Below, piece after piece: positions 28,967 through 37,983 of a stretch of 64,000 nt of DNA. Origin of the DNA: Sedimentisphaerales bacterium (lineage in GTDB: Bacteria > Planctomycetota > Phycisphaerae > Sedimentisphaerales > Anaerobacaceae); contig JAXGYC010000007.1 in NCBI GenBank assembly GCA_040772485.1, positions 32,001 to 96,000 on the forward strand. The letters are read 5' to 3'. Made by a program: the position numbers and the translations under genes. The notes under the pieces were generated by a model that did no database searches, was not told where the DNA came from, and was given only the letters and a program-made list of their open reading frames with translations. Numbering within the stretch: position 1 is the stretch's first letter; every line of letters begins with the position of its first letter.

Positions 28967-29922
28967 CACTGGCGTTCCCTCATAGGAGGAGGGTCCCGCC
29001 AAGAAAGCCACCAACTGGGAAGGTGGTCTTCTCATGGAGGAAGACGCATCCGGAGTGTGCGTCGAACCGCGATCTCGCGGCGTGCCCGTGGTGCGCCTGT
29101 GGTCGCCTCAGGGAGAGACACGGAAGTGGGTTCGCAGGGAACGGGTAACGGATTACGCAGAAAGGTCAGGATCGCAGACGAAACGGTGCCTGCGCCTGCA
29201 CGTATCTTGGGGGTTGTAACGGGGGGACCGCACGCCATCGGGCGCGGTTCCATCTCAGAGAAACCGGAACAAGACAGGTCGCTCTACTGCTGCGCGGGTC
29301 TGCCTTCGCATCCTGGGGAGCCGACCCGGCCGGGACTTTCGATGTCGGACGGAACGGCGGTCTGCCCTGACGCCAATCGAGCAGTCCGCGTGCCATCGCA
29401 CACTGACAGACGACACAACAGCAGTACTCAGACACGCGTGGCCGCCAGGAGTGCGGCACGCAGGGAGGGCACACCATGTGGCATGCGCAAGGTGCGAGTC
29501 GGACGGATGACGAAGACGCCGCATCGCTGTCGCGCGGCGTGCCGGGACCACAACGTACGAGGGTTGTCCCCACAAGACAGCCACCGATATCTTCCTTTCC
29601 TGTTTCATGACGCTCGCGTCGAATTGGGTCGATCGGCTATGGAATGCTGAGCGATCCGCGCGGATTGGCGTCAGAGGCCTTCGACCCCTCTGACGCCAAT
29701 CCCGTGTCAAGGCCCGCTCGCGGGCCGGCGACAGAAAGCACAACCGGGTCGGCCCCGGGGCGGTTGGGCCGCCTGCGACGACACGGAGAGATTGAACCGA
29801 CACAAGGCCTTAAGCCAAATGTCTACAGGGTCCCGGGCCGCTCCCGACGGCGCCGGGCATACCCCGAGCAATTGGCCTTTACCATGAAGGGGCGGATCCG
29901 ACAGGGTCCGCCCTTCTCATTT
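28967..29922 (+). ncRNA. Candidate large structured non-coding RNA (unassigned)
   Basis: Strong promoter, no credible ORF, dense hairpins, terminator-like stem at the end. Confidence 0.4.
29886..29922. terminator. GC-rich hairpin, possibly a bidirectional terminator
   Basis: aggggcggatcc-gaca-gggtccgccctt then ctcattt; about 40 bp past the stop of the convergent gene. Confidence 0.55.
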
Positions 29923-29960
29923 GTCAAGCTCACGCCGATCGAACGCCCGCCCGGAACAGT

Positions 29961-30437
29961 TCACACCGACGGAAGAAACGAGGCGCCGGCGTCCGTGTCG
30001 GACAGGGCGTCCTGTGACGCCTTCTTGCGAGAGGGATGCTTTGTCGTAATGTGAAAGTGGCCGTCGTCGAAGGTCATGTCCTCGATGTCGACGCCGCGAA
30101 TCCACCCCCGGACGATCCGGTTGACGTCCACGTAGAGCGTGGGATACTCCCACCGCCCCCCGTGATCCTGCAAACGCAGCGACTCGACCATCTTCTCGAC
30201 CAGCCAGTCGAAGGTGTCGATCAGGCGGTTGGTCACCAGCTCGAACGCGATATGCCCGTCGTCGAAGCCGGCGAATCGCACGCTGACCCGGATCGATTTG
30301 AGCACGGGCCAGGAGGTTTTGACCTTCAGCTTGATCTGGTCGCCTTCGGTGTCGATCTCGCTGACCTGGTCCGGTATCAGCTCGTTGGCGTGCAGGATAT
30401 CGAAAAGCTCGTCAGCCGATAGAACGATTTTTGCCAT
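29961..30437 (-). CDS. Hypothetical protein
   Basis: 158-aa ORF with globular composition and AAGGA RBS. Confidence 0.75.
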   Translation of the reverse strand: MAKIVLSADELFDILHANELIPDQVSEIDTEGDQIKLKVKTSWPVLKSIRVSVRFAGFDDGHIAFELVTNRLIDTFDWLVEKMVESLRLQDHGGRWEYPTLYVDVNRIVRGWIRGVDIEDMTFDDGHFHITTKHPSRKKASQDALSDTDAGASFLPSV

Positions 30438-30654
30438 AGCGTTAGATTCCTTGAAACTCCAGCCGATATCTTAGCACACCCGGGCGAAAAATGCAGACCG
30501 AAGTCGAGGGGACGCCGGTTTGTCGCTGAAGACCCGAGCCGTGGCGGCCGATAAATGCCCTGAGGGCACGAACGCGGACTCGCTCGGTCGCGGTCTTGCG
30601 TCGGCAGGCCCTCACGGACGCCAACAGATTGTGCTGCTCCTGAGGATTAGACGC

Positions 30655-31320
30655 ATGAAACGATCGATCATTCTCGCCGCGTTTTGTTTCTTGTCATGGA
30701 CCGCCCTGGCCACAGCGAGTGACTCGGGACGGCTCGCCATCGCCGGGCGGAGCGGCACCCTTGGACTGGGCGGCGACGTGATGGTCAACGTCCTTTCCGA
30801 CGTGAACGTCCGTCTCGGCGTGGGCTACTTCAACCTCGATTTTGACGGCGAGGTGGAGGATGTCGAGTATGACGTCGATCTCGATCTGTTGACCTTCCCC
30901 CTGCTGGTCGACTGGTATCCTTTCGAGAACAAGTTTCATGTCAGTGCGGGCGTCATTCTGAACCAGACCGAAGCCGGCCTGGCCGGTCGCTACGACGGCA
31001 CGCTCGAAATCGGCGACGAAACCTACACCGCCGAGGAGATCGGGGTCCTGTCGGGCGATCTGAGCTTTCGGGACGTGGCTCCCTACGTCGGGATCGGCTG
31101 GGGCAATGCGTTCGGCAAGGCGCGGCGCTGGGGCTTCATGACTGACCTGGGCGTGGCGTTCATCGGGTCGCCTCGCGTCGCCCTGTCCGCCACCGGCACG
31201 CTGGCCGGTGATCCGGAATTCCGCGCCAATCTGGCCAAGGAAGAGGACGACCTCCAGGACGAGGCCGACAAGTTCAAAATCTACCCCGTCCTGTCGGCGA
31301 ACCTGTACTTCCGCTTCTGA
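30655..31320 (+). CDS. Outer-membrane beta-barrel protein
   Basis: Signal peptide, GTLGLG, APYVGIGWG, C-terminal LYFRF; ATG at 30655. Confidence 0.8.
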   Translation: MKRSIILAAFCFLSWTALATASDSGRLAIAGRSGTLGLGGDVMVNVLSDVNVRLGVGYFNLDFDGEVEDVEYDVDLDLLTFPLLVDWYPFENKFHVSAGVILNQTEAGLAGRYDGTLEIGDETYTAEEIGVLSGDLSFRDVAPYVGIGWGNAFGKARRWGFMTDLGVAFIGSPRVALSATGTLAGDPEFRANLAKEEDDLQDEADKFKIYPVLSANLYFRF

Positions 31321-31325
31321 TCCGC

Positions 31326-32117
31326 TCAGCTCACCAGCCGGCGGCGCAGACGCCTGACCGCCAGAGCGCCGAAGACGGCCACGAAGACGAGGATGTAGGC
31401 GAGGTTGGCCAGGAGCCCCGGATCGTAGCGGCTCAGGCACACCGCGCGGACCAGCCGGACCGAGTGCGTCAGCGGGACGACCTGAGCCACGAGCTGCACC
31501 GGCCTGGGCAGGTTGCTCACCGGAAACACCACGCCCGAGAAGAAGAACATCGGCGAGAGAAACCCCGTCATGTAGAAGTTGAAGTGATTGATCGTCTTGA
31601 CGAACGAGGTCACCAGCAGCGACATCGACGCGAACATCACGCCCGTCAGAAAGCCCACCAGCGGCGCCAGCAACGCCTGCGGAAGCCGCACGATCCCGAA
31701 CGGCGTCAGGATGCACAACACCGCGAACGAGAAGAACAGCCCTTTCGTTCCCGCCCAGAGAATCTCCCCGACGATCAGGTTGTTGACCGTGATCGGCGCT
31801 GCCAGCATCCCGTCGTAGACCTTCTCGAACTCCAGCCGGATGAACGTCGCGTACGTGCACTCGAACGACGCCGTGAACATCGCCGTGGTCACCAGCAGTC
31901 CCGTCCCCAGGAACGTGATGTAGCTCATCCCGTCCATCGACTCGGTGATGTACCGGCTCAGGCCCAGGCCGACCCCCACCAGGAACAGCAGCGGCTCCAG
32001 GAATGGCGGCAGCCCGTTGCTGACGAGGTTCTTCGTGTAGACGCGCATGTGCCGGTACCACACGCTGTACAGCCGCCACGCCAGGTGTGGATAGGGGATG
32101 GTCTCACTGCTTCTCAT
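31326..32117 (-). CDS. ABC-2 permease, NodJ-like
   Basis: EPLLFL.G.GLGL, PMFFFSGVVFPV, PLTHSV. Confidence 0.88.
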   Translation of the reverse strand: MRSSETIPYPHLAWRLYSVWYRHMRVYTKNLVSNGLPPFLEPLLFLVGVGLGLSRYITESMDGMSYITFLGTGLLVTTAMFTASFECTYATFIRLEFEKVYDGMLAAPITVNNLIVGEILWAGTKGLFFSFAVLCILTPFGIVRLPQALLAPLVGFLTGVMFASMSLLVTSFVKTINHFNFYMTGFLSPMFFFSGVVFPVSNLPRPVQLVAQVVPLTHSVRLVRAVCLSRYDPGLLANLAYILVFVAVFGALAVRRLRRRLVS

Positions 32118-33030
32118 TGAGCCCCCTTCCCGTCGCCTTGAGGAACACGTCTTCGAGATTGGCCTGCCGCAGGTAATAGGCCTGGCCGTCGAGCATGTCC
32201 GTGACGACTTTCAGCCGGTCGAGGTCGTCGCAGTAGAACCGGCTGATTCCCTGGGCGTGGTCGACGCGCACCGCCTCGGGCAGTCGGCGGCCGTCGATCG
32301 CCTTGGCCGCCTGCTCCTGCGGAATCTCCAGCACGTACCGCTCGATGTTCTGCTCCAATAGCTTCTGCGGATGATCCTCCATCACCTTGCGGCCCTTGTC
32401 CATGATCAGGACGCGGTCACAGATCTGAAAGGCCTCCTCCATGTAATGGGTCGTCAGCAGGATGGTGGTCCCGCCGCTGCGAAGCTGCCGCAGTTTCTCC
32501 CAGATCAGGTGACGGACCTGCGGATCGAGGCCGGTCGTCGGCTCGTCGAGGATCAGCAGCCTCGGGTTGTTCAGCAGCGCGCGGGCGATCACCAGGCGCC
32601 GCTTCATCCCGCCGGAAAGCTCGCGAATCCGCGCCTTGACCTTCTCCGACAGCTCCAGGAACGCCAGCAGCGATGCGATCCGCTCTCTCGCCACGCGGGC
32701 GGCAAGCCCATAGAACTTCGCGTAGACCAGCAGGTTCTGGATGACGTTCAGCTCGTCGTCCAGGTTGTTCTCCTGCGGCACGACGCCCGAGAGGTACTTG
32801 ATCGACAGCTCATCGCGGGCGGGGTCGAAGCCGAAGACCTCGATCGTGCCGCCGTCGTTCGCGTCGCGTGCGGCGGTCCCGTAGATCATCTTCATCATCG
32901 TGGTCTTGCCCGCCCCGTTCGGCCCGAGCAGACCGAAGCAACTGCCCGCCTCCACCGCGAAGCTCAGCTCGCAGACCGCACGCAGCCGGCCGAAACTCTT
33001 GCTGACCTTGTCGACGCCAATCACCGCCAT
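32104..33030 (-). CDS. ABC transporter ATP-binding protein, NodI-like
   Basis: [37 protein letters not shown]. Confidence 0.92.
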   Translation of the reverse strand: MAVIGVDKVSKSFGRLRAVCELSFAVEAGSCFGLLGPNGAGKTTMMKMIYGTAARDANDGGTIEVFGFDPARDELSIKYLSGVVPQENNLDDELNVIQNLLVYAKFYGLAARVARERIASLLAFLELSEKVKARIRELSGGMKRRLVIARALLNNPRLLILDEPTTGLDPQVRHLIWEKLRQLRSGGTTILLTTHYMEEAFQICDRVLIMDKGRKVMEDHPQKLLEQNIERYVLEIPQEQAAKAIDGRRLPEAVRVDHAQGISRFYCDDLDRLKVVTDMLDGQAYYLRQANLEDVFLKATGRGLNEKQ

Positions 33031-33203
33031 CGCACCGCCGCCACCTTCGTACCCCAGTTCTCAAAACCCATTGCTGTCCTGCACTACTACGCATCCCAAC
33101 CGCCTTCCGGTTGACCTATTTCGCGCTTATTCTACCGCCCCTGCCCGCAGAAATCACCGTGGAATCCCCCGGCTGTGTGACGGTTGCGACAGACGCACCG
33201 ATC

Positions 33204-33455
33204 CTATTCGCGTGGGCGGCGCCGCGGCTCTGCCTTCTTGGCGCGCGGCGACCAGTATCCCGGCCTGCGTCTGCAATGGGCGAAAGCAACAACCCGGATG
33301 TGGCCTTCGTGGGCAAGGCAGACCACGAAGCAGGGAAAGCAGTGGACCAGATATCGGCGCGTGCCGTCGAGGTGGATAGGCCAGCGACCGGGAGACGGCG
33401 GAATGATATCGAGTGCCGCCCTGATCTCTTTCCGAATCTCTTCGACACTCTTCAT
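33204..33455 (-). pseudogene. Antitoxin-toxin fusion remnant of a RelE/ParE TA pair
   Basis: First 10 aa (MKSVEEIRKE) match the antitoxin at 35635-35862; the rest aligns with the toxin C-terminus at 35313-35540. Confidence 0.8.
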
Positions 33456-33579
33456 GGTCTCGCCTTACTGCCGCCGGGAATGTCTGTCAACATCGTCCGC
33501 CGCCAGCGGCCCGGGGGACTGGGAGCAGAGCCTGCGGAAGCCAACAGAGGCAGACGTGCCGCGGATGGGCGCCTGACTG

Positions 33580-34974
33580 TCACGGCCCATTGCCCACAAC
33601 GATCCTCCTGCGGAAGATCCCTGTGCCGCCGGGGCCATCCCCCTTGTAGGTAATCACGTAATCGCCCGGACGGGAATAGGAATGCGCCTTCGTGCCGTGG
33701 TCCGAGGCGGCTTCGACCACGCCATCGCCATAATCGATGGAGAAGTTCGAAGTCATATTCCTGCCGTGGAAGTAAATGGCGACCGGCGTTCCGGAGACGA
33801 TGCCCCTGACCGGAAAATGACTCAGCGAATCGGCATAGGGAGCGTCCGTCGGGTTCTCCCGGTCGTAGACGAACACCATGACGTAGTTCGACGAGCGCTT
33901 GCCGGCGCTGTCCGTCACGGTCAGCTCTTCCGTATAGGTGCCTGGCGTGCCGTAGGTTCGACGCACATTCGCGGCGGTCGCCGTCGTGCCATCCGTGAAC
34001 GTCCATTCGTAGGACGTGATGCTCCGGCCCCGAGGCGCCACGGACAACGAGCCTTCGAGCTCGATTGTGTCTGCCGCATGACAATGCCTCTTGTGTCCCG
34101 GGAACGACAGGGGCTCATCATACTCTTCGAGGTACGCCTGGACGAGGATCGGGAAGCAGTTGATATTCCTCTTGGGGTCCGAGACGTAGCGCATGTCGAT
34201 GTGTACGTGGGCATCGTTGCCGCAGCCGGAGTTGCCCAGATACCCGAACGTCTCGCCTCGATCGAGAACGCTTCCCACGCCCAGGTCCTGTCTCAAGTGA
34301 CGATCGACCATGTGGTAGTAGAGAATCTCGAATTCGGAATTGCGGATCGAGACGCCGGCGCCGTAGGAGAGGACCTCGGCGTTCGGAATCATCGACACCA
34401 GCCTGTGATGCTTCGGGTACATCCCGCCCAGATCGACGCCGTAGTGATAGTACAGCTTGCCGGCCGACATGTCATGGAACCCGAGCCAGGCATTCAAGAA
34501 GTTGGCGCATCCCCATCGGTAGTCTTTGATGGGAAAGGCAAACCGGCCGGGATCGTACCAGGGCATCGAGGCGTCCTTGGCGCTCAACAAGACCGCCTCG
34601 GACATCTCCGGGATGGCGGTGCTGTCGATCGTGAAGGGCCGGGTCAGCTCGCCGCATATTCTCAAACCGTTGATGACCACCGGCATGTAGAACGGCCCGC
34701 AGCCGACCGTGCCTTCAACGCCGTCCACGGCCAGCGTGATGATGGACTTGTAGCAGATCTTCCGCAGCCCTCCCTGCCAGTAGCCCATCTCGTAGTTGTC
34801 CACGACGTCGAGAAGCTTCACCGACCGGCAAGCCGTCCCTCCGAAGGTATCCGTGCAGGTCTGCCCGATGTCCAGCGTGAAGAACTTCGGGTTGTAAGCC
34901 TCCACGGACTCCGGCCGCACGCACAGAATGGCCCCGACCAAGGCTGCGGCCGTCAAGCTCTTTCCCGGACCCAT
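33580..34974 (-). CDS. Secreted M23-like peptidase with PKD domains
   Basis: Signal peptide, HYGVD (HxxxD) and HVH, PKD motifs SYEWTFTDG and IDYGDG..HSY..PG.Y; ATG at 34974. Confidence 0.75.
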   Translation of the reverse strand: MGPGKSLTAAALVGAILCVRPESVEAYNPKFFTLDIGQTCTDTFGGTACRSVKLLDVVDNYEMGYWQGGLRKICYKSIITLAVDGVEGTVGCGPFYMPVVINGLRICGELTRPFTIDSTAIPEMSEAVLLSAKDASMPWYDPGRFAFPIKDYRWGCANFLNAWLGFHDMSAGKLYYHYGVDLGGMYPKHHRLVSMIPNAEVLSYGAGVSIRNSEFEILYYHMVDRHLRQDLGVGSVLDRGETFGYLGNSGCGNDAHVHIDMRYVSDPKRNINCFPILVQAYLEEYDEPLSFPGHKRHCHAADTIELEGSLSVAPRGRSITSYEWTFTDGTTATAANVRRTYGTPGTYTEELTVTDSAGKRSSNYVMVFVYDRENPTDAPYADSLSHFPVRGIVSGTPVAIYFHGRNMTSNFSIDYGDGVVEAASDHGTKAHSYSRPGDYVITYKGDGPGGTGIFRRRIVVGNGP

Positions 34975-35312
34975 CGATTCCTCCAATTCGTGCCCCAAGG
35001 CGCCACTCGCGCAAAGCCAACGGCAACTCTCGCCCATTGCGGCGGCCCTTCGCCTGCGCATGGAGCCCCCGGCTGATGAGGGAGAGGAAGCGAGACTTGC
35101 CGGGGGCTGTCACTGCACCGAAGTGCAGCCGCTCATGAGCGCCCTGATTAAACCATATCGACGCCGGCGGCACAACCCCTCAATCCCGCCGACTGCAAAA
35201 TTCTGGCAGCCTTTCCACAGACGACTTCCCGTCGTACGCGCGGAGGGCCACGTGTGGCAGCAACTCCCTCTGCGCCTCCGCCTGGGTAAAGGTTGCGAAA
35301 GACACGCCGATA

Positions 35313-35638
35313 CTATTCGCGTGGGCGGCGCCGCGGCTCTGCCTTCTTGGCGCGTGGCGACCAGTATCCCGGCCTCCTTCGGCAATGAGCGAAGGCAACA
35401 ACCCAGATGTGGTCTTCCTGAGGCAGGTACACAATGAAGTACGGAAAGCGATGGACCAGATATCGACGCGTGCCGTCCAGGTGGTAGGCCAACGGGAGGG
35501 AGACTGCTAAATGATCTCGAGGGCCGCCTTGATCTCTTTCACGAAGTCCAGGCCGAGCCCTGCACATCTGTTCTCGTAGAAACCCACTGCCTCCCAGAGC
35601 TCTATCTCGGCCTCATCGAGGATGGCGATGAAGGTCAT
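35313..35638 (-). pseudogene. RelE/ParE family toxin, disrupted
   Basis: MTFIAILDEAEIELWEAVGFYENRCAGLGLDF...; in-frame TAG at 35507-35509, then a 1-bp deletion; C-terminus RFPYFIVY..VVAFAH.RRRPGYW. Confidence 0.85.
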
Positions 35639-35862
35639 TTCAGCTTGGCCTCGATCTCGGCGAGAGCATCGGCTGCCGGACGGCCTGCTGCTTTGCCGCT
35701 CTTGACCTTGCGGACGCGTCGGCGAATCTCGGCCTCCTGTTCGGGGCTCAGCTCGTAGGCGTTCGGCTCCTCAAGGCTCAGGATCAAATCGTGCGCCAGA
35801 CTGGCCCGCTCGCCCGCCGACAGGGTCATCGCCTCTTTCCGAATCTCTTCGACACTCTTCAT
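35635..35862 (-). CDS. Addiction-module antitoxin component
   Basis: LSAGERASLAHDLILSL...AEIRRR..V.SG; ATGA overlap with the toxin. Confidence 0.85.
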   Translation of the reverse strand: MKSVEEIRKEAMTLSAGERASLAHDLILSLEEPNAYELSPEQEAEIRRRVRKVKSGKAAGRPAADALAEIEAKLK

Positions 35863-35868
35863 GACCCT

Positions 35869-35897
35869 ATCCTACTGCCGCGTCCAAGGCCTGTCAA
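35869..35897 (-). promoter_or_regulatory. Sigma70 promoter of the TA operon, probably giving a leaderless mRNA
   Basis: TTGACA-17 bp-TAGGAT, 6 nt before the ATG; degenerate copy TTGACA-17-TAAGGC at 33462-33490. Confidence 0.7.
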
Positions 35898-35925
35898 CGT
35901 TCTCCGCAGTTCTGGGGCAAGTGCA
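35877..35925. repeat. 49-bp direct repeat, copy 1
   Basis: Matches 37258-37306 with 2 mismatches. Confidence 0.9.
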
Positions 35926-36026
35926 TGATACGCTGCCCTTCTGTTGCTGTCGCGGACGGCGCCTGGTACAATTCGTCGGGCGGTGTTCGCCGGCGGCGGC
36001 AGCGACTGTAGAAGGGAGTGTTCCGT

Positions 36027-37196
36027 ATGAACGACAGGCGGCTCACGGAACGGGATCGGGCCCTGAGACCGTTCCTGAGGCTTCTGGTTTTGAGCCTTGC
36101 GGGCCTGCTGCCGGCTGGGCAGGGACGCGTCCTTGCCGCCCGTGACATCGTTCTGGAGGGCGTGTACGAGGCGGCGCTGGATCTGCCCCGCATTCATTTT
36201 CTCTTGCAGCGGGCGGCCCCAGGAGCCGCGTTAGGATCGGCGTCCGGCTTTGCCCCACACGATGCCTTCCTCGATACGGGGGCGTCGGGGGTGCTGTTGT
36301 CCAGAGAGACCGCCCACGAATTGGGCGTGGCCTTGATACCAAAGGCACGCTACGTGGATGTGGGGGTGGGCGGCGCTGAGCGCTTCTCCGTGTCGGAGCC
36401 GCTGCTGCTGGGCTTGGCCGACTACGAGTCGCCTGCGGCCGGCAGCCCGCGCAGCTATCGCAATGTCGGTCGTGCACGCTTTCAGGTCAAGGAGACAGGC
36501 GGCCTCTTGGGCGAGGCCATCGACGTCATCGGCATGCCGGGCCTCTTCAAGAGCGTGGTCGTTCTCAACACCGCAGCGACCAACGACCTGGGCTTCTGTG
36601 CCGCTGCGCTCAAGGAGCCGGGCGACCCATCCATTCCGGCCCCGCACGTGACGATCAAACTCCGCTTTGTCGATTTCGCCAATCGCCGCCATCCGGACAA
36701 CGTCCCGCCCCTGCCGGTCATCGCGCCCAATCCCGTGATGGACGGTCTCGTGCTGCTGCACGGCGGCCGTCTGTCGAAAGGCGACTGGCTGCTCGACACG
36801 GGCGCAACCATCAGCTTCATCTCCACGCGCCAGGCCCGACAACTCGGCATCGCCGAGGACCAGAAGCCGGCCTTCACGCTGCCGGTCGGTGGCGTGGGCC
36901 ACATGACCGCCATTCCCGGCTACGAGCTCGACCGACTGGTCGTTCCGACCCTCAATGAGCGAAATCTGATTTTCACCAACGTGCGTTTGGGCGTGCATGA
37001 TATCACCTACCGGGATGAGCAGACGCAGACCGAACGCACACTCGACGGCGTCTTCGGCAGCAACTTCCTCTGCGCCTCCGCCAGGATGGAAGGCCCCCTC
37101 CCCGACGACATCCATCAGACGCTGGTCGAGAAGGTGGTCATTGACATGCCCAAGGAAACCCTCGGCCTGCGTTTCGACCCTCGCCTATCCCCCTGA
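36027..37196 (+). CDS. Secreted two-domain retropepsin-like aspartyl protease
   Basis: Signal peptide; two LDTGA motifs paired with VIGM and GVFGSNFL. Confidence 0.8.
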   Translation: MNDRRLTERDRALRPFLRLLVLSLAGLLPAGQGRVLAARDIVLEGVYEAALDLPRIHFLLQRAAPGAALGSASGFAPHDAFLDTGASGVLLSRETAHELGVALIPKARYVDVGVGGAERFSVSEPLLLGLADYESPAAGSPRSYRNVGRARFQVKETGGLLGEAIDVIGMPGLFKSVVVLNTAATNDLGFCAAALKEPGDPSIPAPHVTIKLRFVDFANRRHPDNVPPLPVIAPNPVMDGLVLLHGGRLSKGDWLLDTGATISFISTRQARQLGIAEDQKPAFTLPVGGVGHMTAIPGYELDRLVVPTLNERNLIFTNVRLGVHDITYRDEQTQTERTLDGVFGSNFLCASARMEGPLPDDIHQTLVEKVVIDMPKETLGLRFDPRLSP

Positions 37197-37257
37197 TCCC
37201 GCCCGCAAAACCGAGCCAGCCCAGGATAACCCGCGCTGCAAAGTGGGTCTGTCCCTC

Positions 37258-37306
37258 GCCGCGCCCAAGGCCTGTCAAAGTTCTCCGCAGTTCTGGGGCA
37301 AGTGCA
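37258..37306. repeat. 49-bp direct repeat, copy 2
   Basis: Matches 35877-35925. Confidence 0.9.
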
Positions 37307-37324
37307 GGGAGAACCTCGGCCCAC

Positions 37325-37570
37325 CAGCCGCCTTCATCACCACGCCATCGACGTCCTTGGCGATCCGCCGGCCGGAGGGGTCGTAGGTGTAGGTGATCTG
37401 CTCCCAGTCGGCTCCGCCGCCCGACCACTGGATGGCGTCGACCCAGCAGGAGCCGGCGGTCGAGCCGGAGTACTTGTAGTACTTCCACTTGAGCGTGTGC
37501 GTGCCCGACGGGACCGCGAAATAGCCGGTCCAGGGCCAACTGCTGCCCGACACAGACCCGTCTTGCATCA
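37325..37570 (-). pseudogene. RHS/YD-repeat protein fragment
   Basis: ..GTHTLKWKYYK..WVDAIQW..ITYTYDPSGRRIAKDVDGV; truncated at both ends. Confidence 0.65.
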
Positions 37571-37983
37571 CCCGCTTATCTGACAGGCTCATCATGCCTC
37601 GATCCAAGATCATGGCCCGCCCGTCGGCCTGCTAATGATTATCGAAAGGCCTGACCCCAAATCCTTGCTCGGAAGTCCGTCAATCGATTCTCTGCGGCGG
37701 CTCGGTGCGGACCTCCCGAGCCGTCGCTGCATTTTGTCTGTCCCGCGGTCGGTCAGTGACGACCCATAGCTGGAGAGACCGATCATCGACGACTTACGAT
37801 TGACGACCTGTCGATCTGTCCTACTCATCCGCTCTGTTCCATCCGCTCGCTCCTGCGATATGGGAACAGCGAGATATGAGGAACAGCCGCGTCAGCGGCA
37901 GGGCGGATTCTCAATCCACGCGTCCGCCTTTCGATCACTGCTGTTATGAATTCGCGCAGGCCGAGCGATGTTCGGATCATCGC

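Noticed and set aside
28985..29400. RNase P RNA or cobalamin riboswitch
   Set aside because: Only partial look-alikes (gaggagggtcc; gccacc..gggaagg); the required motifs are missing or out of order
29496..29630. Small ORF (about 44 aa) after GGAGGG at 29496, ending near 29630 or slightly before
   Set aside because: No recognisable protein features; cannot be supported without conservation data
29091..29800. Group II intron (GTGCG at 29091)
   Set aside because: No domain V/VI consensus and no reverse transcriptase ORF seen
31326..33030. Nodulation function for the NodIJ-like exporter
   Set aside because: The family is widespread and no nodABC genes are present
33100..37320. Integron attC array or CRISPR array
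   Set aside because: No clear RYYYAAC...GTTRRRY palindromes, no integrase or cas genes, and no regular repeat-spacer period
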